Assembly (NCBI GenBank): GCA_051278165.1
Contig: JBNMNW010000002.1
Coordinates: 1,267-65,266, forward strand
DNA: 64,000 nucleotides
Source of the DNA: Planctomycetota bacterium
GTDB lineage: Bacteria > Planctomycetota > UBA1135 > UBA2386
Direction: 5' to 3'
Shown here: positions 1 to 8,963 of the stretch, piece by piece
Numbering within the stretch: the stretch's first letter is position 1
How the letters are laid out: the number at the start of each line of letters is the position of its first letter
The notes under the pieces: model-generated
Told to the model about the DNA's origin: nothing
Seen by the model: the letters and a program-made list of their open reading frames with translations, nothing else
Databases searched by the model: none
Position numbers and translations under genes: made by a program

Positions 1-1605
1 CTCAACACTGCGCAACTAGACAAACTGCTGAAGCAACAGCAGCGCCTCGACGAGCAACTCGAGAAGCTCGGTGGCCACGATGTCGATCACCGGGCTTCGG
101 CATTGCTTGACTCGTTGGGCGTTCCCGATCATCAAGCGATCTGTGGCGACCTGTCCGGTGGCGAACGCCGGCGCGTCGCGATGGCGCGCCTATTGTTGTC
201 GAATCCTGAAGTGCTGTTGCTCGACGAGCCGACTAACCACCTCGATGCCGAAGTCACCGAATGGCTCGAGGGCTACTTGCTCGATGCCGGCGTGCCGTTG
301 GTCTTGGTGACGCACGACCGCTACTTCCTCGATCGCCTGTGCACGCGCATCGTCGATTTCGACAATTCGAAGCTGCACGAATACGACGGCGGCTACTCGA
401 CCTATCTGATCAAGCGCGCTGAGCGTCTCGAGTCGGATGCGAAGTCCGAAAGTGCCCGCATGAACACGCTGCGGCGGGAGACCGAATGGATCAGGCGCGG
501 CCCGCCGGCGCGCACGACCAAGTCGAAGGCGCGCATTGGTCGGCACACGGCGCTGGTCGATTCGGCGCCGCCACCGAGCGCGGCGGATCTGGAGTTCATG
601 ATTCCGGATGGGCCCCGCCTGGGCGACTACGTGTTGCGCATCCAGGACGTCAGCAAGTCGTTTGGCGACCGCACCATCATCGAGCCGTTCTCGTTTGAAC
701 TCGGTCCAGGCCAGCGCCTCGGCATCGTCGGCAAGAACGGCGCGGGCAAGACCACGTTGCTGCGCATGATCATGGGCCAGCTCGAGTCCGATACCGGCAC
801 GGTCGGCATCGGCCCGACCGTGAAGTTCGCCGGCATCGACCAGAAGCGTTCGGATCTCGACGAGTCCAAGACGGTTATCGAAGAGGTTGCCAACGGCAAC
901 GACTACGTGTTCGTCGGTGGCCGTTCGCAGCGCATCGAGACGTTCTTGGAGCAGTTCCTGTTCCCGGGCGAGATGAAGCACGGGCTCATCAGTGGGCTCA
1001 GCGGTGGCGAGCGAAATCGCGTCTTGATCGCCAAGCTATTGTGCGCTGGTGGCAACGTGCTGGTGCTCGATGAACCGACCAACGACCTCGACTTGGTGTC
1101 GCTGCGCGCGCTTGAAGATGCCTTGCTGGCGTTCCCGGGCGCGGCCATCGTGGTTAGCCACGATCGCTGGTTCCTCGATCGCATCGCGACGCGGGTGGTG
1201 CACATGGATGGCACGGGCCACGCGCGGGTGCACGAAGGCGACCTGTCGTTGTTGCTCTCGCGACTCAAGCAAGAGTCGGCCGATCGCACCGCGCAAGCCG
1301 CGGCAGCCAACCAAAGGGCCAAGGCCAAGGCAAAGCAGGCGTCTGGAGCTCCGGTTCCGGCCGCCAAGACGAAGAGGCTCAGTTCGCGCGAACTGAAGGA
1401 ACTCGCGCAGTTGCCGCAGAAGATCGAGGTTGCTGAAACGGAGCTAGCCGACCTCGATAAAAACTTGGGCGATCCGAGCCTCTACGAGCAGCAAAACTCG
1501 CAGCGCTTCGACGAATTGACGAAGCGGCGTAAGCAACTGCCCGGCGAGTTGGCCGCGCTGTATGCGCGCTGGGAAAAACTCGAAGCGATCGCGGAGCAGG
1601 CGTAG
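1..1605 (+). CDS. ABC-F family ATPase (Uup-like); 5' end lies off-window
   Basis: The frame of ORF 103..1605 stays open back to nt 1. It has two ABC cassettes: LSGGERRRVAMARLLL and LLLDEPTNHLD, then GKNGAGKTT Walker A, LSGGERNRV signature and VLVLDEPTNDLD Walker B. There are no TM segments, and the C-terminus is a coiled-coil tail. Confidence 0.9.
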   Translation, partial: LNTAQLDKLLKQQQRLDEQLEKLGGHDVDHRASALLDSLGVPDHQAICGDLSGGERRRVAMARLLLSNPEVLLLDEPTNHLDAEVTEWLEGYLLDAGVPLVLVTHDRYFLDRLCTRIVDFDNSKLHEYDGGYSTYLIKRAERLESDAKSESARMNTLRRETEWIRRGPPARTTKSKARIGRHTALVDSAPPPSAADLEFMIPDGPRLGDYVLRIQDVSKSFGDRTIIEPFSFELGPGQRLGIVGKNGAGKTTLLRMIMGQLESDTGTVGIGPTVKFAGIDQKRSDLDESKTVIEEVANGNDYVFVGGRSQRIETFLEQFLFPGEMKHGLISGLSGGERNRVLIAKLLCAGGNVLVLDEPTNDLDLVSLRALEDALLAFPGAAIVVSHDRWFLDRIATRVVHMDGTGHARVHEGDLSLLLSRLKQESADRTAQAAAANQRAKAKAKQASGAPVPAAKTKRLSSRELKELAQLPQKIEVAETELADLDKNLGDPSLYEQQNSQRFDELTKRRKQLPGELAALYARWEKLEAIAEQA

Positions 1606-1678
1606 CTCCTAACCGGATTTGCTCGCGCAAGTCCCGCAAGCAGGGGCAGCCGTAAGCTGCTGACGCCGATTTAGCGTA

Positions 1679-1701
1679 CCTGATCTATGCGTTAGATCAG
1701 G
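1679..1701. terminator. Hairpin between convergent genes (possible bidirectional terminator)
   Basis: CCTGATCTA-tgcgt-TAGATCAGG forms a 9-bp stem with a 5-nt loop, between the ABC-F stop (1605) and the peroxidase stop (1742). There is no clear U-tract. Confidence 0.4.
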
Positions 1702-1741
1702 CTGCCGATCTACCCTGCAGCGTTACTCGGGCAGCACTGGG

Positions 1742-2731
1742 TTATTCTGGCAGCACTGGCTCGACGAACGTCACACCGTTGTCGAGGGACTTGAGGAACG
1801 CGACCAGTTGGTCGATCTGCTTGTCCGTCAATTCACGATCGAACAGCAGGCCGTCTTTGGCGAATTGGTGCTTAAGACCGCCCGAGGCCATCAGCTTGAC
1901 CGCTTCCTTCAGCGTCGCGACGCTGCCGTCATGGAAGTATGGCGCCGTCTTCGAAACGTCACGCAACGTCGGCGTCTTGAACTTGCCGTTGTCAGCTGCG
2001 TCTTTGGTCTTGTTGGCGCGGCCGAGGTCCGGGTTTTCAGCGGCGAGGCCAATGCCGATGTTGTGGTACGACTTGTCCATGAACAGTGGCGGCGCGTGGC
2101 AGCCAACGCAGCCAGCACTGGAGAACAGTTCTTGGCCGGCCTTCGCTTCAGCGGACAGCTTCTTCTGGTCGTAGAGCGAGTTGCCGCTGCGCAGTGTGCG
2201 CAAGAAGGACGTCAGTGAGTTGACGATCGTCGTCTCGCTGGCATCTTCCTTGAACGCGGCTTGGAACTCAGTCTTGTAGGCTTCAATGCCGTTGAGCGTT
2301 GTGGCGACATCGGCCGGCACGCCACCGAGCTGGCCGGTCCAAGCGGCGAGCACGTTGGACTCAAGGCCAACCTTGCGGCCATCCCAGTAGAGCTCCGGGT
2401 AGTAGCCGCAGTTGTACATCGTCGGCGAGTTGCGGCTGTTCTTGCCACCGTTGTCCTTGACCGAGAAGGCGAGGCCGTCGGAGAACGCCTTGTCGATGTG
2501 GTGGCAGTTTACGCAACCCATCTTGCCGCTCTTGCTGAGTCGCGGATCGAAGAACAGCTTCTTGCCGAGCTCGGCCTTCGCGGCCGTCAGTTCGTTATCG
2601 GCGGCTAGGTCTAGTTGAGCGTTCTCTAGGCCGAGTGGCGCCGTCAACGGGTTGACATCTGCGTGGGTCTCAGAGCCGCAGCTGGTGAAGAACGGGAAAA
2701 GAAGGAGAGTCGATAGGGTCGCGCTACGCAT
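1742..2731 (-). CDS. Di-heme cytochrome c peroxidase (CCP/MauG family), probable lipoprotein
   Basis: Two CxxCH motifs (GCVNCHH, GCVGCHAPPLF) and the conserved APYFHDGS near the C-terminus. The N-terminal signal has a lipobox-like FFTSC. Confidence 0.9.
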   Translation of the reverse strand: MRSATLSTLLLFPFFTSCGSETHADVNPLTAPLGLENAQLDLAADNELTAAKAELGKKLFFDPRLSKSGKMGCVNCHHIDKAFSDGLAFSVKDNGGKNSRNSPTMYNCGYYPELYWDGRKVGLESNVLAAWTGQLGGVPADVATTLNGIEAYKTEFQAAFKEDASETTIVNSLTSFLRTLRSGNSLYDQKKLSAEAKAGQELFSSAGCVGCHAPPLFMDKSYHNIGIGLAAENPDLGRANKTKDAADNGKFKTPTLRDVSKTAPYFHDGSVATLKEAVKLMASGGLKHQFAKDGLLFDRELTDKQIDQLVAFLKSLDNGVTFVEPVLPE

Positions 2732-2839
2732 CGGTTCAACAGCTGGGAGGCCAAAGGGCGAAGTTGCCTTGCGACGTCATGCTAGCGTCATTCGGGCCGC
2801 CGCCACATCTCCTATATATCCCGACCCGTGTAACTGAGC

Positions 2840-2912
2840 CTGCGTACCGTACCCGGTTCAAACCACCAGCGCGCCTAGCGCGCTGGTGGATTGAACCGGG
2901 TACGGTACGCAG
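2840..2912. repeat. 73-bp near-perfect inverted repeat (34-nt arms, 5-nt centre)
   Basis: The arm ctgcgtaccgtacccggttcaaaccaccagcgcg (2840-2873) pairs with 2879-2912 with a single mismatch. It lies 53 nt after the stop of 2965..3534 and about 108 nt upstream of the peroxidase start. Confidence 0.85.
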
Positions 2913-2964
2913 ATCCGGCTGTTGGTGCTCTCGTGGGAAACTCTCGCGGGCAGAGCGGCCGCAG

Positions 2965-3534
2965 TTAGCGCATGCGGCGCAATTGGCGCAGCAGTTGCAG
3001 GTAGCGGCGGTCCTGGGTCAGGGTCCAAGCGGCCTGCGCGTCATACATCATCGCGTATTGGCTATTGAAGCCACGAGCGACACCGAGAATGGGATCGAAG
3101 CCGGCGGGGGCGGCGAGCACGTCGCTCAGCGGGGTTGATGCTTCGACGACTTGGGCCGACTCAGTCATAGACGCGTCCTCGATGCGCACATCGCGCATAC
3201 GCTTTTGGGACGCTTGGGCCGCACGACGGCTTTCGTTCGCCGTCTGTCCGTCTTGCTTGGCGTCCTTTTCGGCCTTGACGATTGCGTCGATGGTCAGATC
3301 GTCCTTCTCAATCTTGAAGACGCTCGACTTCGGCAGCAGGATCTCACCGCCTTCGGTGCGCACGTGGTAGCCATCGTCGTCTTCGGCGACCAGGACACCT
3401 TGGATTAGATTAGGGGAAGAACCAGCTGCCGTGTTTTGCTCGGACTTCGGATCGGTCAACCAGAACTTGTCGGCTTTTGCGGGGGCGCAAATCAGCAATA
3501 CGCCAGCGATCAGGGGGAGGTAACGCATGGTCAA
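2965..3534 (-). CDS. Hypothetical secreted protein
   Basis: Signal peptide MTMRYLPLIAGVLLICAPAKA. Composition is protein-like, and I recognise no family. Confidence 0.6.
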   Translation of the reverse strand: MTMRYLPLIAGVLLICAPAKADKFWLTDPKSEQNTAAGSSPNLIQGVLVAEDDDGYHVRTEGGEILLPKSSVFKIEKDDLTIDAIVKAEKDAKQDGQTANESRRAAQASQKRMRDVRIEDASMTESAQVVEASTPLSDVLAAPAGFDPILGVARGFNSQYAMMYDAQAAWTLTQDRRYLQLLRQLRRMR

Positions 3535-3623
3535 ATAGTAGCACGCGGCAGGCCAGCCGGTTGGGCGGTTGGGCCAGTGTGTGTTGGACTGAAGCGGAAC
3601 CTCCGGTGAGACTGGGCAGACTC

Positions 3624-6600
3624 ATGCGCTCGATTCTTTTCGGTGTTCTCCTCGCGGTTGTGTTGGCGGCTATGGCGATGGCCCAAGAAGGGCCGGCGTT
3701 CAAGCCGCTCTTTGATGGCGAAAGTCTCAGCGGTTGGCGCGGCGACCCGGCGGTCTGGAGCGTCACCGATGGCGTGATCGTTGGCTCGACGCATGGCATC
3801 AAGCTGAGCGCGAACACGTTCTTGATTCACGAAGGTGTGTTCGCGGACTTCGAGCTGCGCTGCAAGGTGAAGCTGGAAGGCGCCAACAACTCTGGCGTGC
3901 AATACCGCAGCCGTTTGCTCAAGCCGGACGGTTACCGAGTCGTCGGCTATCAGTGCGATTGGCACCCGAACCCGCCCTACTCCGCGATGCTCTATGACGA
4001 AGGCGGCGGCGGCATTGTCGCCGAGCGCGGTCAATTTGTGCGTTGGACGGATCAGGGGCGCCGCGAGCTTGGCCGACTGATCAAGCCAAAGGCGGTCGAC
4101 GTCAGCGGCTGGCACGACTTGCGGGTTGTGGCGCGTGGCGACTTGGTCTGGCACGAACTTGATGGGCGCATCGTCACGGCGCTGCAAGACCAACGTGCTT
4201 CGGCACCAAGAAGCGGCATCGTGGCGTTGCAGGCGCATCGCGGCCCGGCCATGAAGGTTTCGTTTCGTGACATCTCGGTGCGCTCGTTGACGAAGGCCGA
4301 TGACCTGGCCGTGCCAGGCGCCCTGCGCGCGCTGCTGCAACGTGCCGACCAGCAGGTGGTCGAGACCAAGACGCAGACGCCCAACTGGGTCTGGGACCAA
4401 GAGGCGCAAGGCGAGGAAGAGCTGTTCTTCCGACGCGGGTTTGATGTGCGTGAGGTGCCGGAAAAGGCGCGGCTCTCGGTCACTTGCGACAACAACTGTC
4501 GCGTCTACGTCAACGGCGCACGGGTCGCCAATGATGACTCGTGGGAGTCGCCGACGGTTGTCGACATCGCCAAGCAGCTGAAGTTGGGTCGCAACGTCGT
4601 CGCCGTGCATGGTTGGAACGACGGTGGACCAGCCGCGATGGCGCTGCGTATTGCTTGGCTCGAAAACGATAACGACGTCGAAGTCGTCACCGACAGCGAG
4701 TGGCGTTGCCACGACGACGATCCCGATGGTTGGGATACGGTCGCATTCGATGATTCCAAGTGGCAGGCCGTGCGGGTGCTCGGCGAGCTTGGCCAAAATG
4801 GCTTGGCGTGGTCCGGTCGCCACGGCGCGACGGCGCTGGGCCAGCAGGCGAATGCTTACGCCGAGCAGATCGCCATCGTCGATTGGGAAGTCGATAGTTC
4901 GGATGCCACGCAGACGCCGCCGATGCGGTTGCTCGACATCCCGCGCGAACTTGGTTCGTGGGTGTCGCTGGCTGCCGATCCACAGGGCCGTCTCTACTCG
5001 AGTGCTCAAGGTGGTGGCCTGTATCGCATCACGCCAGCCAAGCAGTTGGGCGACGCGACTTCGATCGAACGCGTTCCGGTCGAACTCGGCGGCGCGCACG
5101 GGATGTTGTGGTTCCGCAACTGCCTCTATGCGGTCGTCAACGGTGGCCAAGATGGCTTCTACCGACTGACCGATACCGATGGTGACGACATGCTCGACCA
5201 CGTCGAACTGCTGCGCGCACTCGACGGCAGTGGCGAGCATGGCCCGCACTCGGTCGTGGTCGCACCGGACGGCGAAAACCTGTTGGTGCTGTGCGGCAAC
5301 ATGACCAAGTTGACGGAGCTCGCGAGCAGTCGTGTGCCGACCAACTGGCAAGAAGAACGAGTCGTGCCGCGCATCGAAGATGCTCGCGGCTTCTGGGGCG
5401 GTTACTCGCCGCCCGGTGGTTGCCTCTACCAAGTGGATCCCGACGGCAAGCGTTGGGAATTGATCTGCTGCGGCTTCCGCAACCCGTTCGATCTCGTGGT
5501 GCTGCCCAATGGTCAGGTGGTCGTCTACGACGCCGACATGGAATGGGATATGGGCTTGCCGTGGTATCGCCCAACGCGCTACCTCGCCGGCCAGAGCGGG
5601 GTCGACTACGGTTGGCGTAAGGGCAGTGCCAAGTGGGCGACGGACTACCCCGAAGCGCCGCCTGCACTGCAGGACATCGGGCCCGGTTCACCAACCGGCA
5701 TGGCCTACGTGCCAGGTGCCAAGGGCGGCATCATCGGCCTCGATTGGACCTTCGGCACTGCCTACTTCGAAGGCAAGCCGTGGAACTTCGGCGCGCCCTT
5801 CCCGGTTGCCGACGTCACGTTCTCTAAGCGCATCGATGGTGGCGTGTATGTCGTCACTGGTGGTCGCGGCTTGCCGTCGCGTTTGCTGCGCCTGATTCCG
5901 GGTCGTGCGTCGGGCGAATACGAATTGGGTGATCAAGAAGCGCAGCGCGTAGCTACCTGGGGATCGGCGGTCGCATGGCCGGCAACGGAAGCGCGCACGG
6001 CGCAACAGATCCTCGATGCTGGTGCGATCGGTAGCGATCGTTTGGCGTTTCGCGGTACCCAACCTGCGCCGAAGCCAGACTGGGTGACGGCGCGCATCGC
6101 GCTAGAACGATTGCCTGCGGATCGTATCCGTGCCACCGTTCTCGCGGTCGATGCAGCGCGACCGGATCGTGCCTTCGCCGGCTTGCTAGCGCTCGCACGA
6201 CAGGGAACTGCTGGCGATTTGCAGCCGATCCTCGATGCGTTGGGCCAGTTCTCGTTCGCGCCGCTGGATCATAGTCAGCGCATTGCCTGGCTGCGCATCC
6301 ACGCCGTTGCGTTGCTGCGCCAAGGCCCCGCCAGCGACGCCCAGCGCGCCTTGGTTGCGAAGCGTCTGCTGCCGCTGTTCCCAGCGAACAACGAACGTCA
6401 AGACCAAGACCTGTGCGAATTACTCGCCTACGTTGACGCGCCCGGCTTGCTCGCGAAGGCTGTGCCGTTGTTGACGCCACTCAAGCCATCCGAGCCACCG
6501 GCATGGGCCGAACTGGCAACTCGCAACGCTAGCTACGGCGGCGTCATCGACAAGATGATGGCCAACATGACGCCGATGGGCCAGCTCACGATCGCCAACG

Positions 6601-7322
6601 CGCTGCGCATGGTCGATCACGATTGGACGATCGAGCAGCGGCGCACGCTGTTCACGTTCTTAGGCGAAGCGCGCGGGCGTTCCGGCGGGGCCAGCTACGA
6701 CGGCTACGTGCTGAAGATCGTCGACCTCGCCTGGCAGACTTGCAGCGACGACGAGAAGCGTGCCCTCGAGTTCTTGGTCGGCCGGGTGCGCGCGCCGAAC
6801 AACCAGTTCGCCAGCAAGCCGCCGAAGGGGCCAGGCAAGAACTGGCAGATGAGTGACATCGCGGCGCTCGTCGACGGCGGGTTTGATGGGCGCAGTGTGC
6901 AATCTGGCCGCAACCTGTTCCACGCCATTGGCTGCGCGTCGTGCCACTACTTCAAGGGCGCCGGCGGCTTTGGCGGTCCGGACCTGACCAGCTTGAAGAA
7001 CAAGTTCCGCGCCGAAGACCTGCTTGAGGCCGTGATCGACCCCAACAAGGTGATCAGCGACCAATACACCGGCCAGATACTGACCAAGAAGGATGGCACC
7101 GCGTTGTTTGGTATTGTCCACAAGACGTGGGATGGTGACATGGAGGTCTACGAGGTCATCCCGGCGGTTGCCGATGCGAAGCCAGTGCGCATCCCGATCG
7201 AACAGGTCGAGAAGGTCGCACCGTCGCCGCAATCGCCAATGCCCGCAGGCTTACTCAACCGCCTCTCCGCCGACGAGGTTCGTGATCTCGTCGCGTTCTT
7301 GATCGGCGCGAAGGGCAAGTGA
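3624..7322 (+). CDS. Large secreted PVC-type heme-binding dehydrogenase-like protein (DUF1080 N-terminal domain, beta-propeller/HEAT region, C-terminal cytochrome c)
   Basis: I place the start at ATG 3624 (MRSILFGVLLAVVLAAMAMAQE signal peptide) rather than 3477. FKPLFDGESLSGWRG is typical of DUF1080. The C-terminus has GCASCHYFKGAGGFGGPDLT (CxxCH). The architecture matches the Pirellula/Verrucomicrobium-type membrane-bound dehydrogenase plus heme-binding domain family. Confidence 0.8.
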   Translation: MRSILFGVLLAVVLAAMAMAQEGPAFKPLFDGESLSGWRGDPAVWSVTDGVIVGSTHGIKLSANTFLIHEGVFADFELRCKVKLEGANNSGVQYRSRLLKPDGYRVVGYQCDWHPNPPYSAMLYDEGGGGIVAERGQFVRWTDQGRRELGRLIKPKAVDVSGWHDLRVVARGDLVWHELDGRIVTALQDQRASAPRSGIVALQAHRGPAMKVSFRDISVRSLTKADDLAVPGALRALLQRADQQVVETKTQTPNWVWDQEAQGEEELFFRRGFDVREVPEKARLSVTCDNNCRVYVNGARVANDDSWESPTVVDIAKQLKLGRNVVAVHGWNDGGPAAMALRIAWLENDNDVEVVTDSEWRCHDDDPDGWDTVAFDDSKWQAVRVLGELGQNGLAWSGRHGATALGQQANAYAEQIAIVDWEVDSSDATQTPPMRLLDIPRELGSWVSLAADPQGRLYSSAQGGGLYRITPAKQLGDATSIERVPVELGGAHGMLWFRNCLYAVVNGGQDGFYRLTDTDGDDMLDHVELLRALDGSGEHGPHSVVVAPDGENLLVLCGNMTKLTELASSRVPTNWQEERVVPRIEDARGFWGGYSPPGGCLYQVDPDGKRWELICCGFRNPFDLVVLPNGQVVVYDADMEWDMGLPWYRPTRYLAGQSGVDYGWRKGSAKWATDYPEAPPALQDIGPGSPTGMAYVPGAKGGIIGLDWTFGTAYFEGKPWNFGAPFPVADVTFSKRIDGGVYVVTGGRGLPSRLLRLIPGRASGEYELGDQEAQRVATWGSAVAWPATEARTAQQILDAGAIGSDRLAFRGTQPAPKPDWVTARIALERLPADRIRATVLAVDAARPDRAFAGLLALARQGTAGDLQPILDALGQFSFAPLDHSQRIAWLRIHAVALLRQGPASDAQRALVAKRLLPLFPANNERQDQDLCELLAYVDAPGLLAKAVPLLTPLKPSEPPAWAELATRNASYGGVIDKMMANMTPMGQLTIANALRMVDHDWTIEQRRTLFTFLGEARGRSGGASYDGYVLKIVDLAWQTCSDDEKRALEFLVGRVRAPNNQFASKPPKGPGKNWQMSDIAALVDGGFDGRSVQSGRNLFHAIGCASCHYFKGAGGFGGPDLTSLKNKFRAEDLLEAVIDPNKVISDQYTGQILTKKDGTALFGIVHKTWDGDMEVYEVIPAVADAKPVRIPIEQVEKVAPSPQSPMPAGLLNRLSADEVRDLVAFLIGAKGK

Positions 7323-7347
7323 ACGTGCCGACGAGCACTCCGGGTAT

Positions 7348-8943
7348 TTGCTGAGCGACGCGAGCGGCGCGGCGGCGCTGCGAATCAGTGCCGGGTTGCG
7401 GCGGCAAAAAGTGCGGCTGCCGACAACTTGGCGGCTACGATTTTTCGCAATGCTCGCCGCTGCCGTGACTGCAATGGTGTCTTTCCTGGCACCCGTGCCA
7501 CAGGAGCCGATCACCGTCCACGAGGACATCCAGTATTCGGATGTCGCTCGCCAACCGCGACGTAATCGACTCGATCTGTATCTGCCGACTGCGAAGACTG
7601 CGAAGACCCCTAAGGCTGCGAAGCCGGGGGTTGCTGGGCCGCAGGAATCGGCCGTCGGCGGTGGCGATCTCGAAGCCGGGGATGTCGTGCCGCCGCCGCT
7701 CGTGATGTTCGTGCACGGTGGTTCGTGGACTGGCGGTCACAAGGATAGCTACAAGTGGATGGGGCGGATGCTGGCCGACAACGGCTTTGCTTGCGCGGTC
7801 ATCAACACGCAGTTGTTTCCGTTCGCCAAGCCGGACGTGATGGTCAAAGACTGCGGCCAGGCATTTGGCTTCTTGCACAAGAACGCCAACAAGTATGGCT
7901 TCGACGGCAACCAACTGTTTGTCATGGGCCACTCCTCCGGCGCCCACCTGTCGTGTTGGTTGGCGCTCGACGACGCCCAACTTAAGGCCGCCGGCGTGCC
8001 GAAGAAGGCGTTGCGCGGCTCGGTGTTGTTGTCCGGCGTCTACGACATTCGTTCGCGCCACTTCGCCCTCGATGCGGTCTTTGGGGCGGACTCCGAGTTT
8101 CGCAAGCGCGCGACGCCGCTGTTGCACGCCGACAAGACCGATGCGCCGGTGTTCCTCGCTTGGGCGCAGAAGGACCTGCCCGGTCTAGCGTTGTGCGCGC
8201 GCATGCTGCGTGATCGGTTGCTCGAAGCCGGCGTGCCGGTGGCAGCGCATCAATACCCGGACTGCAATCACGCCGACTACATCTACGCGCTGACGAAGCA
8301 CGAGGATCCGGTGATGAAGGACGTGCTGCAGTTCTTGCACGATCCCCAGAAAGCGACTACCAGGCGGGAAGTGAAGCGCAAGCAGGCTCTGTTGTGGGTC
8401 GCTACGAACGACCGCGAACACGCCGTGGGGGATGCCATTCGCAACGCGATGCAGCCGCATGGTGTCGAAGTGTTGGTGCAAGACTTTGCGGACCCAACCT
8501 GCAACTGTGTCGCCGAGGCATTCCGTCAGCTGTGTCTCGATCGCAAGGCAGCGGATGCGATGTTGCCGAGCTACGTCGGGGGCATCGGCCAAGGCGGCCT
8601 CGCTGCTGCGACCGCGCCATTGACGGCACGCAAGGATGGTCTGCTCGGTCGTATCGTTGCAGGTATCGCGTTGGACTCGCGTTCGTTGGCCGCTTTCAGT
8701 CAGCGTTCGTTCGCCGAAGATACGAACTACCTGACAGAGTCGCGACTACTCAGCGTGCTGGGCGACCAGGACTCGAAAGAGAAGCGTTCGCAGTCGATGT
8801 CCCGCACGTCGTCGCTACTTCGTAAGGGGCTGGAAGCGCACCCCGTCGAGTTGGCCAACACGACGGTCGAAGCCGCCTTGCTGGCAGTGCGCGCCGACGA
8901 CAGTTTGGTCGTGCCGATGCTGCTGGCGTTTTTGTTCCCGTAG
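7348..8943 (+). CDS. Alpha/beta hydrolase (esterase/lipase-like) with extra C-terminal domain
   Basis: Oxyanion-type VMFVHGGSWTGG and nucleophile elbow GHSSGAH (GxSxG). An alternative start at ATG 7450 (MLAAAVTAMVSFLAP) would give a cleaner signal peptide. Confidence 0.75.
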   Translation: MLSDASGAAALRISAGLRRQKVRLPTTWRLRFFAMLAAAVTAMVSFLAPVPQEPITVHEDIQYSDVARQPRRNRLDLYLPTAKTAKTPKAAKPGVAGPQESAVGGGDLEAGDVVPPPLVMFVHGGSWTGGHKDSYKWMGRMLADNGFACAVINTQLFPFAKPDVMVKDCGQAFGFLHKNANKYGFDGNQLFVMGHSSGAHLSCWLALDDAQLKAAGVPKKALRGSVLLSGVYDIRSRHFALDAVFGADSEFRKRATPLLHADKTDAPVFLAWAQKDLPGLALCARMLRDRLLEAGVPVAAHQYPDCNHADYIYALTKHEDPVMKDVLQFLHDPQKATTRREVKRKQALLWVATNDREHAVGDAIRNAMQPHGVEVLVQDFADPTCNCVAEAFRQLCLDRKAADAMLPSYVGGIGQGGLAAATAPLTARKDGLLGRIVAGIALDSRSLAAFSQRSFAEDTNYLTESRLLSVLGDQDSKEKRSQSMSRTSSLLRKGLEAHPVELANTTVEAALLAVRADDSLVVPMLLAFLFP

Positions 8944-8963
8944 CGCAGCCGTCGCCGGTTGGC

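Noticed and set aside
2840-2912. The long palindrome considered as a MITE or transposon remnant, alongside a search of the window for mobile elements generally.
   Set aside because: There is only one copy in the window. I saw no flanking target-site duplication and no transposase or integrase gene anywhere in the 64 kb. It is kept as a finding but not called a mobile element.
3531-5432. A 633-aa ORF on the minus strand, antisense to the large dehydrogenase-like gene.
   Set aside because: It has the Arg/Ala/His-rich composition typical of a shadow frame in high-GC DNA. The plus-strand frame has clear domain motifs and a signal peptide.
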